From a virus (lineage: Duplodnaviria > Caudoviricetes): DNA of 64,000 bases. The DNA lies in the IMG/VR virus record IMGVR_UViG_2894682665_000004, positions 309 to 64,308 of that record; one strand, 5' to 3'. The position numbers and the translations under genes are program-made. The number at the start of each line of letters is the position of its first letter. The stretch's first letter is position 1. Below are positions 27,619 through 38,046 of this stretch, piece after piece. The notes below the pieces were generated by a model, which saw only the letters and a program-made list of their open reading frames with translations, was not told the DNA's origin and searched no databases.

Positions 27619-29787
27619 CTATTGATCGGATCGGATGCGGTAAATTTTCCACTTTACGCCACCGATGGACGGGTATTGACCATCGCCATTCGGGTCTTTG
27701 TATTGGATCGAAAAGCCGAGCATGTGGGAGCCATCCCAACCTGAAACGTTTGTCATGTCAACCGTGTAGGTCTGACGGCCAGCGTTCGGATTGATACTAA
27801 AGTCTCGGCTACGCTCTACGCTAGGGTTGTCCGGATTCGACCAGACGATTTTCATCTGAGAAGCCCCGTTTACGAACTCCGCATCGATGTAGATTTTCTT
27901 AACGAACTCGCCATTGATCCACTGCTCAGGGCTTGACGCTTTCATGTCTTTTCCCTGTTGATCGCCCTGAAGGAGCGGTACAACTTCCAGATAATCGGTG
28001 ATATTCTTCTCCAGCTGATCGCCCGCATGGTTGTAATACCAGCCCAGACGCGACCGCTGATTAAAGACATAATCGAACTTGCCCGTCCATCTTGGCTGCG
28101 CGTAACACCAGGCTTTAATCTCATCGACGGTTCCGTATTTGGCCGCAAAGTCCAGGTCGTAAATGGCGTCTTTATGATCGAGAATCAGGTGCGGAGCAGA
28201 ACCCACATAGAACAACGCGAAGTCTTTATCGATGCCGGTATCGGCCCCTTTGCGGTCATTATCGTGCGCCCAGCGCCCCGAAAAAGGCATATAGAGACCC
28301 CATCCTTTGCCTATCCGGTTATCGATTGCCGCCATGCAGGGCTCAGTCGATCGGAACTGAGTAGCCCCCCCGTCATCTTCCGGCTGATTTCGGGAAATCC
28401 AGTTGCCGGTGTAGGGTTTACCCGTTGCGTACATGACCGTCGTAAAGTCCGGAACAAGCATAAAGCAAGGCGTTTCCTGCGTCCTAACGTCGGGAAACGA
28501 ATTCGACCAGGCGTCGTCGCGGAACATCGTCCAGCGCATGTGCATTCGGAAAGCAGACGCGTCGTTTGGATCGTGCCTGAGCCACTTTTCCATGTACATC
28601 TTACCCAGAACCCGGCTCATGTCCCATTGATAGGGCTGCGCTTTGGTATAGAGCTTGCCCGTACTTTTGTGGAATGTCAGTAAGGGGGAAAAGTCTCCGT
28701 TTGAACCCTCGTTGCCACCTTCGATGGGATTCCATCCGATGCCGTGCGTCACCTGCCCCGCTTCTGTATACTCATCTCCGGCCCCTCGTGGCGTGGAGTA
28801 GGCTCCCATTTGGACCTGCCGGCCCGCATCTAAAATGCCATTACCCCAAATTGGACTATTAACCTGATTCTTGCCGTTGTACGCAGAGGAGACACTGAGG
28901 TAGTCCAGGAATCCGGCACCCGTCAAATTTAGTCCGATCCGAACACCGCCCGAAGTCGGTGGATCAAGATATACCCGGTTGTAAGCGCCGTTCGCTTCAC
29001 CTGAGCCGCTACGTCCCGTCTCTGACAAGGCGACATACGTACTATTTAGCTCGTAGGCATTACCGTACCCTGCCGTCGTTGTGGCCGTATTACTACCAGG
29101 GTTTGTCGTGGTCTGCGAGGGCGGCTGGGTAACGGTCGTGCTGGTAGCATTGAACAAGGCCACGTCTCTCGCTCCGGAAACAGGCGTAAACGTTTTACTG
29201 AACGTCACCTGATCGGACTCTTTGCGGATGGTTATTTTCTTGGCGGAACCGTTCGGCAAATTGACGATCCAGCGCCGGGTATTACTGGTGGGCTCCGATC
29301 CGAAATAGAACGTCGTGTTGTTGATCGGTACGCCGTCCGGATTATTGATAGTAAAGCTGCTGCCGTCTGCGTTTTCAAAGCGCATTTTGACGTTATCCCC
29401 CGAATTCAGCGAAACCGTGGCGTTTACCGTCAGCGAGTTCGGACTGAACGAATACGTCGCCGACGCAAAGGCCGGGCCGGTAGCGGTCGTCGAGCACGTC
29501 GGCTCGACAATGGGCGCTTTGCCCGACGGGAGCGGACACCCGCCCGATTTGGTGACGCGGGCAATGGTGCCATTGGCCACGGCCGCTTTGAACTCGTTGT
29601 TCTTGCTAACGGTATACGGATACGTCGTCAGGTTGCGCTGGGCAATGACCCGGTACAACTCGACACTGGGCGCGTTGGGTTTGTAGATATAAAACTCGAC
29701 GGGTACGACCGTTTGCGCGAGTCCACGCGGGGCTAAACCCGACAGCGTCAGGCACAATACGGACAGAAGTGTAAGAAGCTTTTTCAT
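27619..29787 (-). CDS. Signal-peptide multidomain protein, probable carbohydrate-interacting
   Basis: MKKLLTLLSVLCLTLSGLAPRGLAQ; Thr/Pro linker, Trp-rich central beta domain (DAGRQVQ...GWNPIEGG), CBM-like C-terminus. Confidence 0.75.
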   Translation of the reverse strand: MKKLLTLLSVLCLTLSGLAPRGLAQTVVPVEFYIYKPNAPSVELYRVIAQRNLTTYPYTVSKNNEFKAAVANGTIARVTKSGGCPLPSGKAPIVEPTCSTTATGPAFASATYSFSPNSLTVNATVSLNSGDNVKMRFENADGSSFTINNPDGVPINNTTFYFGSEPTSNTRRWIVNLPNGSAKKITIRKESDQVTFSKTFTPVSGARDVALFNATSTTVTQPPSQTTTNPGSNTATTTAGYGNAYELNSTYVALSETGRSGSGEANGAYNRVYLDPPTSGGVRIGLNLTGAGFLDYLSVSSAYNGKNQVNSPIWGNGILDAGRQVQMGAYSTPRGAGDEYTEAGQVTHGIGWNPIEGGNEGSNGDFSPLLTFHKSTGKLYTKAQPYQWDMSRVLGKMYMEKWLRHDPNDASAFRMHMRWTMFRDDAWSNSFPDVRTQETPCFMLVPDFTTVMYATGKPYTGNWISRNQPEDDGGATQFRSTEPCMAAIDNRIGKGWGLYMPFSGRWAHDNDRKGADTGIDKDFALFYVGSAPHLILDHKDAIYDLDFAAKYGTVDEIKAWCYAQPRWTGKFDYVFNQRSRLGWYYNHAGDQLEKNITDYLEVVPLLQGDQQGKDMKASSPEQWINGEFVKKIYIDAEFVNGASQMKIVWSNPDNPSVERSRDFSINPNAGRQTYTVDMTNVSGWDGSHMLGFSIQYKDPNGDGQYPSIGGVKWKIYRIRSDQ

Positions 29788-29790
29788 GGT

Positions 29791-31680
29791 TTAATTCGAA
29801 ATAGCGGTGGGTATAGTTTCTGAGTTGGCGGCCGTAAACCGGTAGTCACCCGTCCAGGTGATGGTCGGCGAGGGGGTGATCAGTGGACTGGAGTAGCGAA
29901 AGCGCAGGTGCTGGGGCAGTATCGTTGTACCAGTCGGAACATTGGGAATTTGCCAGGCATCCACGTACGTCTTGCGGCCCGTAATGAAAAAATGCGTCGA
30001 GCCCGATTTCCAGCTTCCCGTATCGACCCACACGTCAACGCGGACCTGATCAGCGGGGTCGAGCATCGGCCAGGCGGCTACAATCTCGACGTTATTGCCG
30101 GTCTCCGAAATGCGGCCCCGGATGCAGGCTTCTTTCCACTTGTCGAAGTCCACGTCAATGCCCCGGTGCGGGCGCACCCAGTACCAGTTGCCCCAGTTGC
30201 GACCTTCAAACTGGCTAAACCGATGCAGGCCCTTGACGATGTATTCAAACTGGCCCAGATTGGTCTTATAGCCGCCCTGATTGACCGTTACCCCCGGAAA
30301 CTGAATCGCTCCGTTATCGAACGTAGTGGGGCTACGCTGTAAATATTCCCCATGCCAGAGGAATTCGCTGTCGTGCAGCAGGGCGCGAAAGATGGTGCCA
30401 CTCTCCAGCGCATCGCCGTCGACCGGGCGTGCATCGGTCTGCCCTGGTGCATTGGCTTCTTCGGTATTGGTCCGGTACCAGTCGCCCAGCATGACCCCCG
30501 TAAAGTCGGAACTCCGGTCATTTTTCCGCAGCGCGTAGGTTCGGTTGTTCATCCAGAACCGATTGGCCTCCTCGCCAGCTACATCTTCGTAGAGCCAGCT
30601 GGTATGATAATCGTACTCGTTCTGATTGAAGTAGTTAGGGTCGTTGCCATAGACGGTGAAGGTTTTACCGAAGGCAGTTGTCGTTGAATTGTCCGTCCGA
30701 AGAACCCGGCGACCATTGGCCAGCACGTACGACCCGTCCCCGTTTTTCTGGTAGATCGTCTGCATGCCACCGATCGTCGTCCGGTAGTAATGATCGCCAG
30801 CGGCAACGCCCCCCCCGTTCGCCCGCAGTGCAACGGCCATCGGGCTGTTCACATCCAGGGGAGCCGAGGTGTTCCCCGTGCCCCACCAAAAGTTGATGGC
30901 GTACTGAGGGTGTTCCGTGAACAGGTAGCCATCGATCGACTTTCCCTTATCGGCGTAGCCCTTGAAGCTGGGCGAGGTAACGGGTTTGGGCCCGTAGGTA
31001 AACACCTTGCTGGTGGTACAGACCTGCAAAATGCCCTGGTAGAGATAGCCGACAAACTTTTTCAGGGAGCCTTCTTTTTCCGGGTGATCCCAGTAGTGGG
31101 CGCTTTCCTCATCAATCGTCACCCATTTGGGGATTTTACCCCCGCAAATGCCATTCTTGATCAGATCGCCCATCCAGGTGCCCATCAGCCTGGCCGCATC
31201 CGGATCCGTAACCGGAATCAGCGAGTTGATGTAGGGAGCAATTTGGGCTTTGCGGGGATCACTGTCGGGCAAGGCGTTGTAGGGGCCAGTCAGGTACGAG
31301 GGCATATTGCCCGGCGAACCCGGCATGAGGATATACCCCATCATTTTATCCCCCGAATTGTTGAGAATATCCTGATAGTTTACCGCATCATTACCCGTAC
31401 CGGAGTAGTTCAGGTTTGGGATTAACTGCCGAAAGCCGTGCGTAAAAAAGTCGTCATCCCACTCCCCGATATCACCCGACCGTTTTTTAAAGCGTGGCCC
31501 CCAATAGATCCAGTCTTTTTGAATCGAAAAACGGGGAAACCGTTTCCAGTTCAAGGCCGCTTTCGCCTGCTGGGGCTGGTAGGTGTAATCGTTACCTTGT
31601 GGTCGTAGATAGTTACGGTAGGTCTGGCCGAAGGAAAGGCTACCCGACAGCAGGAGCCAGAGAATAAGGAGCTTTTTCAT
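29791..31680 (-). CDS. Signal-peptide protein, possible glycoside-hydrolase-like fold
   Basis: MKKLLILWLLLSGSLSFGQ; aromatic-rich, TIDEES motif; catalytic family not assigned. Confidence 0.7.
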   Translation of the reverse strand: MKKLLILWLLLSGSLSFGQTYRNYLRPQGNDYTYQPQQAKAALNWKRFPRFSIQKDWIYWGPRFKKRSGDIGEWDDDFFTHGFRQLIPNLNYSGTGNDAVNYQDILNNSGDKMMGYILMPGSPGNMPSYLTGPYNALPDSDPRKAQIAPYINSLIPVTDPDAARLMGTWMGDLIKNGICGGKIPKWVTIDEESAHYWDHPEKEGSLKKFVGYLYQGILQVCTTSKVFTYGPKPVTSPSFKGYADKGKSIDGYLFTEHPQYAINFWWGTGNTSAPLDVNSPMAVALRANGGGVAAGDHYYRTTIGGMQTIYQKNGDGSYVLANGRRVLRTDNSTTTAFGKTFTVYGNDPNYFNQNEYDYHTSWLYEDVAGEEANRFWMNNRTYALRKNDRSSDFTGVMLGDWYRTNTEEANAPGQTDARPVDGDALESGTIFRALLHDSEFLWHGEYLQRSPTTFDNGAIQFPGVTVNQGGYKTNLGQFEYIVKGLHRFSQFEGRNWGNWYWVRPHRGIDVDFDKWKEACIRGRISETGNNVEIVAAWPMLDPADQVRVDVWVDTGSWKSGSTHFFITGRKTYVDAWQIPNVPTGTTILPQHLRFRYSSPLITPSPTITWTGDYRFTAANSETIPTAISN

Positions 31681-31681
31681 G

Positions 31682-32101
31682 TTAATTGGTCGGATCGGTT
31701 AGTATGTTCGCGTCGGAGTAGGTGACGGGCGTGCCTGAGTCATCGGTGTCGTTGGGGTTTCCTGCGGTCCAGGCCGTGCCATCGGTGGGCAATGGATCGG
31801 GGTCAGGATCGGGCGTCGTGCCCCCGTCGACGGGGGGCTGGGTGACGTATTCGGCCAGCGTGTCGTTACTGGCGATCGCGCAGACCAAAACCTCTTCCTG
31901 CTTGCCCGCGGGAGGGCCTGTGCGATCAATCAGGGCCGCGATGTTTTGAGCCGAGCTGGTCCACAGCGTTGGCACGTCCGCGCAGACCGATGCGAGAGCA
32001 ACGGGTATCATTTTGTCGACCACCGTAACCGTTGGCGGATTCGTGGAGCTGTCGGTTGTGGTCTCGACGACAAGCAAAAAGCAATCGGTTATTGTTGCCA
32101 T
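31682..32101 (-). CDS. Acidic Thr/Pro-rich tail-associated protein
   Basis: 139 aa, DPDPDP linker; in tail operon. Confidence 0.65.
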   Translation of the reverse strand: MATITDCFLLVVETTTDSSTNPPTVTVVDKMIPVALASVCADVPTLWTSSAQNIAALIDRTGPPAGKQEEVLVCAIASNDTLAEYVTQPPVDGGTTPDPDPDPLPTDGTAWTAGNPNDTDDSGTPVTYSDANILTDPTN

Positions 32102-32104
32102 GGT

Positions 32105-34792
32105 CTACAGCGGGTAGAGTTGAACGGTTGTGTGATCGGGCGTACTGGCCTGCGGCAGGTAGTGGGGCTGCACCTCGGAATTCGCCACCGTTTGCAGCTT
32201 GACGGCGAAAATGTTCAGCGCCCGGGTGGTGTTGGAAAAGTCCTCATCGGCGAAGAAAGTCACGTGCGTATAGCCCGGCGGCAGCGTGCCCCAGCTGGTC
32301 TGGGCGTTGTAATCCAGTTTCTGCATTACCCCGTAGGTGGCATCATTTCTGGATTGTAGGTAGCGCGACCGCACGTCTGCGTTAGCCGCATTAGTACCCT
32401 CAATCCTGACCAGAATAACCAGGTTTTCCGACACCGTGCCGGAAGACGGTAAGATCGAATGCCAGCCGGTTGGGTGAAACACCGTTACCTTGGCGATGCT
32501 CAGGGGCGTGGTTTGATTGGCCACATTCTTGAAAACGATGGCCTTCTCAATGACCGCCCCGTTGCCGAAGGTGAAGAAGATTTTACCCGGCACATCGGCG
32601 GTGATCGAATTGATTGGGGTATGGATTTTAGTACGCGAATCGGCCAGGGCAATCAAATCAACGCCCGGTGGGTAGGGCTCAAAGAGGCCATACGCCCCTT
32701 GCGAATCGATGTAGTTCTGCCGGCTGCCGTTGGTGTATACTGCGTCAATTGAATACTCTGGATCACTGCCCCCTTCGACGGCTTCAGTCGGACCAACGAT
32801 TTCATATTTATCAAAAACAGCCGTGTCCGCTACGTTGATCAAATCGATCAGCTTCTCGACGTAGCCACCACCGGCCGGGAAGGTGAAACGAAGCGTACGG
32901 GTCAGGTTGGCAGTAATTGAACCCATTGGCAGGGTTACCGTGCCGATCGCATTCATGCCCGTAGTGGCCGTCATACCATCCGGATACGGCGTATTGATCG
33001 AGTAGGCACCCGATTCCGTGTACTGCTCTTCGAGTGGCGCCTGATTGAAGAGCGCCACTACTTTAAAGTGAGCCTGGGGCCCTCCTTCAATAATGGCCTG
33101 CGACGTTTCAATGCGATCGATGCGGTAACCCGTGATGTACCTTGTAATTGATGCGTCATAGATCTGAATGACTTTGCTGGCATTCAGGCCCAGATAAGCC
33201 GCCGTAAGCGTCGGGCTGCGGGTATCGTTTGGCGTTGAGTTAACGGCGGCAAATAGCACCCCGTCGGCACCCCACGTCAGGGAGAAATCACCACCCGTAG
33301 TTTTATTTGATGCAGCCGTTACATCCTCCGTATCACCGTTGGTGTAGGTCAGCCACACTTTTTGGTTGGTCTGTGCGCCTTCGTTCTGACCCAATGGACC
33401 CAGTATTTCCAGCTTTTTAGGCAGACGGGTAGGTGGTGTACCGCCGTCTGGAGTCTTACTGGGCGCCATGATCCGGATGGAATTCAGCCGGACGTAGTTA
33501 CAAGCCCCGCCGGCATTACTGTTCTTGCTGGTGACCAGTCGAACGTAGCGCAGGGATCGGTAATTGGCATCAAGATCCGTCTCAACGGGCAAAACGATTT
33601 CCTGGGTGGTACGCGCTTGGTTGGTAACTGTTGCCAGCACAAACCAGGTAATCCCATCCGTGGAGCCGCTGAGCTGATAATCTACTGGTAGCCAATCGGC
33701 ACCATCTGAAAAATTGTTCGGCACTAGCCGAATCTGCTGGGGGGCAGCCGTTCCGCCCAGATCGACGCGAATGGTAACGGGCTCGGTTTCCCCTACGCAA
33801 GGGGTGGTATAAGCCGAATCCGGATCATCGTCGGTCAAATGCTCGGCGACCCAGATCGGCCCAAAGCCCGAATCAGGCGCGGTTACGGTCGCATCGACTG
33901 CTACATCAATCAGATTACTCAGACTCACGCAGGCGAAATCCGACGTTCTGGGTGAATACCGGAAGGCAGTTGTGCCGGACAGGGGGCGAATCTCGACGGT
34001 AATAGGCTCCCCGTTTTTGAACACATCGGGAATAGTAAACGTCCAGCCGCAGATGTGCGTAGTCGCGCCGGATAGCCCTAGTACGTCAGCCACTTCGGGC
34101 CGGGCGAACGTAGCCGTGGCAATACCCGCAAAAATGCCGTTGATGAAGACCCGCAGCTTGGCGGGCGTATTGAGATTATTAAGATCATACACCCAGCCGC
34201 CACACTGAGAACAGTTAACGAAATCCAGTGAGGCATCATAGAGGGGGGCCAGGATGCTGACCGGCGACCATTGGATAATGTTGGTTGCCGTATATGTTTT
34301 GGTAACCGTACCCGATAGGTTGCAGGTTGCCGCGATAGCACAGAACAGTTGCTTCAGGCTTGGATTAGCGCTTATGGTAGTAAGCACCGTTTGCCCTAAC
34401 AACAGCAGCGTTTCGGGTGCCAGGCTTCGCAAAAAGGCGCGATACACAGCATCCCGGTCCAGATCGTTCGACCGGGCAACCAGGGAGGTCAGCGAGGATG
34501 AGCCGGTCGAATTCTCTTCACTCGGATCGACAATATCGTAGCCACCCGTCTCCTTGAAGACCACCCGAATCAGCTCCTCGTCCGCCATGTGAACCGGATG
34601 GTAGCCCAGAAACCGGTAAACGATTCCCGCCACGAACGGGTCATTGTTGTAATCCTTATCGAAGTATGGATCCTCAACCTGCTCCCGTTTATCGTCCAGG
34701 TGGCCAGCCTCATTGGACAACACCGAAAAGGTGAAGCCCTTGGTACCATAGCCACCCGTCGTCAGGGTGATTTCAGAAACGGGATTGCTCAT
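32105..34792 (-). CDS. Tail tip/fibre protein with F5/8-type C (CBM32-like) and Ig-like repeats
   Basis: VTIRVDLGG...YQLSGSTDGITW...RYVRLV discoidin motif; three (L/Y)EI(L/V)GP..EG-type repeats. Confidence 0.75.
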   Translation of the reverse strand: MSNPVSEITLTTGGYGTKGFTFSVLSNEAGHLDDKREQVEDPYFDKDYNNDPFVAGIVYRFLGYHPVHMADEELIRVVFKETGGYDIVDPSEENSTGSSSLTSLVARSNDLDRDAVYRAFLRSLAPETLLLLGQTVLTTISANPSLKQLFCAIAATCNLSGTVTKTYTATNIIQWSPVSILAPLYDASLDFVNCSQCGGWVYDLNNLNTPAKLRVFINGIFAGIATATFARPEVADVLGLSGATTHICGWTFTIPDVFKNGEPITVEIRPLSGTTAFRYSPRTSDFACVSLSNLIDVAVDATVTAPDSGFGPIWVAEHLTDDDPDSAYTTPCVGETEPVTIRVDLGGTAAPQQIRLVPNNFSDGADWLPVDYQLSGSTDGITWFVLATVTNQARTTQEIVLPVETDLDANYRSLRYVRLVTSKNSNAGGACNYVRLNSIRIMAPSKTPDGGTPPTRLPKKLEILGPLGQNEGAQTNQKVWLTYTNGDTEDVTAASNKTTGGDFSLTWGADGVLFAAVNSTPNDTRSPTLTAAYLGLNASKVIQIYDASITRYITGYRIDRIETSQAIIEGGPQAHFKVVALFNQAPLEEQYTESGAYSINTPYPDGMTATTGMNAIGTVTLPMGSITANLTRTLRFTFPAGGGYVEKLIDLINVADTAVFDKYEIVGPTEAVEGGSDPEYSIDAVYTNGSRQNYIDSQGAYGLFEPYPPGVDLIALADSRTKIHTPINSITADVPGKIFFTFGNGAVIEKAIVFKNVANQTTPLSIAKVTVFHPTGWHSILPSSGTVSENLVILVRIEGTNAANADVRSRYLQSRNDATYGVMQKLDYNAQTSWGTLPPGYTHVTFFADEDFSNTTRALNIFAVKLQTVANSEVQPHYLPQASTPDHTTVQLYPL

Positions 34793-37434
34793 TGCGTAAA
34801 GAAGGTTACCTGACGGCGCAGGGTGGATTTAAGCTCGCCGATCGTAATGCCGTCTTGGCGCACGATGGCACCGAGCTTGGCCTTACCTGGTTCAATGGGC
34901 ACAAAGCCGCTCACGCTGGCCGTTGCGCCGAGTTTGGGAACAATACCGACACTGGTCAGATCCTGTAAAAATTTATCGTGGCGACTGGTTGTAACGGGCA
35001 AACTGGGCGGCACGGGCTGATCGGCCTCGTCGGGGTTCAGCGGGATCAGATTGCCGTCCTTCTCCACCCAGAAGCCTTTCGGCGAGGGCAGCTTTTCAAC
35101 GTCTTCGTGCATGATACGTACGCTGCTCGTTTCGTAGCGGCAGCCCTGCACGTCCCATTCGAACCGCGAGGCAATTTGTTGATCGTAGGGCTGAAACGTG
35201 GTTTCCTTGATCGTGCTGGCATCGGCAATGGTCACCTGCGAGACTTTCTGACTGATGACCGTGCGGTCTACCAGAAAATACCACGGATTGCGCACAAAAG
35301 CGGGAATTGAGGTAACTGTATAATCCCCAAAATTCAGTCCGTCGCTAGTGACTCGGATGGTCATGCCCACCTTGATCCAGGGTAGATACACCCCAGGGTA
35401 AACGGCATTGACAATCTCTTTTTTGAATTCGACAAGCAGATTCGTCGCCTGCGTGGCGGGCTCCTCAGAAGGGATACCGCCAATATCCAGGTAACGCAAA
35501 ATGGTATGCATACCCAGCGGCAATCTTCCTAGCAGCGTGGCCTCGACCACATCAGCCGGCTGCATATACTGGCGGGCCATGGATGCGGCCAAATGATACG
35601 GCAAGCCCTGACCAACGGCACTAGCCCCCGTTTTGTCGGCCCGATCCCAGCTGACGGTTGGCTCGTGGGTACCCAGGCGAAACAAAGGTCCCGTGCGGTC
35701 ATACGGCAGGGGGAAATACACATCACCCAGCGTCAGGCTGGCGGTCGTCTCTAGTTTGCGCTTTGAGCTAGTAATGGTGACCTGCGTACTATCGATGCTG
35801 ACGCCATCCTGCTTGGTTTCCAGCGTGATGCCGTACTGCTTCAGGTACGGGCGGTTGCTAGGCGTACCGGGATTCGCGCCCCCGCCGGGCTTGTCCAGCG
35901 CTTCACCCACGCAGACCCACACCTGAAGAAAGCGCACGTTGCCGATCGCTTCCATCTCCAGGGCAAACTCCGCCTGTCCGCTGTAGGTGATCGTGCCCGC
36001 ATCATTGCAATGGTAGGTCAGAATGCCGACTAGCTCCGATGTTTTGGGGCTCTCCTTCCAGGCTCCCCCCTTTTGCAAAATGTGCATTTGCAGCGGGCCG
36101 TTGCTCTGTTGTGTGTAGGCAAACACAACGATTTTGGACGCCCTGAGCAGGTTTAGCTCGAACTTACCCCGCAGCACCCGTTTGTAGGCTTGCTGATACT
36201 GGGGTGAATCTTTGGCAAACTCGACTTGGTAGCGAATGGAGGGTGTGTCGGGTTTGGCTTTCTCGTCGCCGTACCCGTACAAAACCATTGCGTATTGATC
36301 CTCTTCCGTGCCAACTCCGACCCGAAAAGAGTCAGCGGCACTGATGTTGTTACGCGTCCAGCCCGTCGCCAGGCCCGTATTGTCGACCTGCCCCCAGTCC
36401 CCGCTTTTTAGCCAGTTCAGGTAGCGCCCAAAGTCCTGTTCGACCGTCACGCCCGGTTTGATGCCCAGTAGCCGAACGGTGGGTTTTTCGTTTAAAACCT
36501 GCACCGGTTTTCCGGGATAGATATCAACCCCAAAGTCAACACTGCGCTCCGAGAGCCCATCGGGGGGAGCCGACAGATCCGGGCTTGAATAGTTGCGCAG
36601 GTGAACCGTCTTTTTAGAGCCCTGATTCCAGACGTCCCAGCCCCCACCCGCTTCATCGGCCCGCAGCACCAGCCAGCCGCCCCCTGCTCCGCCCAGCTGA
36701 CCGATCCGGCAGCCGTAGGGCTCGAGTACTTTTTTTAGCGCATCGTAGCAGCTGAGCGTATCGTTCTTTTCGTTGACGAGGGCTTCAGCCACGATCTGCG
36801 TCGTGAAGAGCGGATCAATGGCCGGGTCAACTTTGCCGTTCACGATACTCAGCGAACGCAGCGTCGCCTGCTCGTAGATGTTTACCCCGGTGACGAGCGG
36901 CAGATCGAAACCGGTGTTGAGAAGCGCGGTGCGAATAACCGTCGACAAGCTAACGTATCCCTGTAAACGTTTACCGTCTCGATCTACGATCGGGCGGTCG
37001 CGCAGCGTTGAGAGACCGCAGGCCGCACTCACCTCGATCGGGTAGGGCTTCTTTTTATAAGTTTCCGAGTAGTCGGCCGGCATGATCCAGCCCGCAAACT
37101 CGACGCGGGCATAGTTACCCGTGTTGGATGGGTCGCTCAGCAGCACGGCCTGTACCTCCCGGTCCGAGCGGACGTAGAATTCCCGGCTCTGGTAGAATGA
37201 CTCCGCGCGGAGCTTGAAGTCCGCCTTCAGGGGATGCCAGAAAGCAAACCGGCTCTGATCGGACGAGGACTTACTGATCTTGACCGGCGTGCCTTTGTAA
37301 AGTGAAAGCTCTTTGGGCGTACCGGTAAAATCTCTGAATCGAAATTCGACGCGGTACTGCACCGGCGCGATGCCCAGCCCCTTATTGGGCAGGTCAACGA
37401 AATCAGCGTAGTATTTAACCGCGTAGGTAGACAT
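34789..37434 (-). CDS. Minor tail protein (distal tail/baseplate hub)
   Basis: 881 aa, first tail gene after tape measure; IEVSAACGLSTLRD pattern; role by position. Confidence 0.75.
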   Translation of the reverse strand: MSTYAVKYYADFVDLPNKGLGIAPVQYRVEFRFRDFTGTPKELSLYKGTPVKISKSSSDQSRFAFWHPLKADFKLRAESFYQSREFYVRSDREVQAVLLSDPSNTGNYARVEFAGWIMPADYSETYKKKPYPIEVSAACGLSTLRDRPIVDRDGKRLQGYVSLSTVIRTALLNTGFDLPLVTGVNIYEQATLRSLSIVNGKVDPAIDPLFTTQIVAEALVNEKNDTLSCYDALKKVLEPYGCRIGQLGGAGGGWLVLRADEAGGGWDVWNQGSKKTVHLRNYSSPDLSAPPDGLSERSVDFGVDIYPGKPVQVLNEKPTVRLLGIKPGVTVEQDFGRYLNWLKSGDWGQVDNTGLATGWTRNNISAADSFRVGVGTEEDQYAMVLYGYGDEKAKPDTPSIRYQVEFAKDSPQYQQAYKRVLRGKFELNLLRASKIVVFAYTQQSNGPLQMHILQKGGAWKESPKTSELVGILTYHCNDAGTITYSGQAEFALEMEAIGNVRFLQVWVCVGEALDKPGGGANPGTPSNRPYLKQYGITLETKQDGVSIDSTQVTITSSKRKLETTASLTLGDVYFPLPYDRTGPLFRLGTHEPTVSWDRADKTGASAVGQGLPYHLAASMARQYMQPADVVEATLLGRLPLGMHTILRYLDIGGIPSEEPATQATNLLVEFKKEIVNAVYPGVYLPWIKVGMTIRVTSDGLNFGDYTVTSIPAFVRNPWYFLVDRTVISQKVSQVTIADASTIKETTFQPYDQQIASRFEWDVQGCRYETSSVRIMHEDVEKLPSPKGFWVEKDGNLIPLNPDEADQPVPPSLPVTTSRHDKFLQDLTSVGIVPKLGATASVSGFVPIEPGKAKLGAIVRQDGITIGELKSTLRRQVTFFTQ

Positions 37435-37545
37435 AAAAACGACGCCCCTGTGGGGGCCTTCGAAATTACGGCTACCCTTAAGGGGTGTCGCTTAACCAGC
37501 GTTAAGGCGCATTACTTAAACTTTTGAAGTTACGCAAGCTGGAAC

Positions 37546-37567
37546 AATTCGTGTATATACACGAATT
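37546..37567. promoter_or_regulatory. Perfect 22-bp palindrome, candidate operator
   Basis: aattcgtgtatatacacgaatt. Confidence 0.55.
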
Positions 37568-38046
37568 CCTTAAGTTGGAATTGTAAATAAATAATCGAAA
37601 AAAATCGTTAACGGAGGTAATCCGCTTTGTACTGATCAATCTTAGTTTGAAGGTTGTCGCACTTATCCTCAAATATTTGTTGAAGGAGCCGAATAGTTAC
37701 TTGACGTTGCCTTGCCCGTTTATTCGAGTTCATAGCCCGCCGGGAAGACTCTTTAGATTTCCTGTTTGAAGTCAATAAAAAGTGGGCGACTGATGAAGTT
37801 CCATTTTCGTCATGGGTTTCCATAGCGGTTCAGACTTTAGTGTGTCTGTTAGAAAACAACACGCCACATTGGGAAACGATTTATTTTTCACTGTTGGGTT
37901 GTGTCATACAGGCGAGTATTTCTCTCGATTCCCTCGCCTACTGCGTTGGCAATAAGTCAAAGAAAGTTGTAATCTATAACTAGGGACCAAATTATTTGTT
38001 ATGATCGCCTATTTACTATATTTGAACTTAGTTACAAAGGATTTCA

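Noticed and set aside
27958-31425. 241-aa and 211-aa + strand ORFs
   Set aside because: Shadows of GC-rich minus-strand genes
24142-37434. Diversity-generating retroelement or invertible fibre cassette
   Set aside because: No reverse transcriptase, invertase or long TR/VR duplicate seen by eye; a self dot-plot would confirm
37608-37823. 71-aa minus-strand ORF
   Set aside because: No motif; cannot be told from chance
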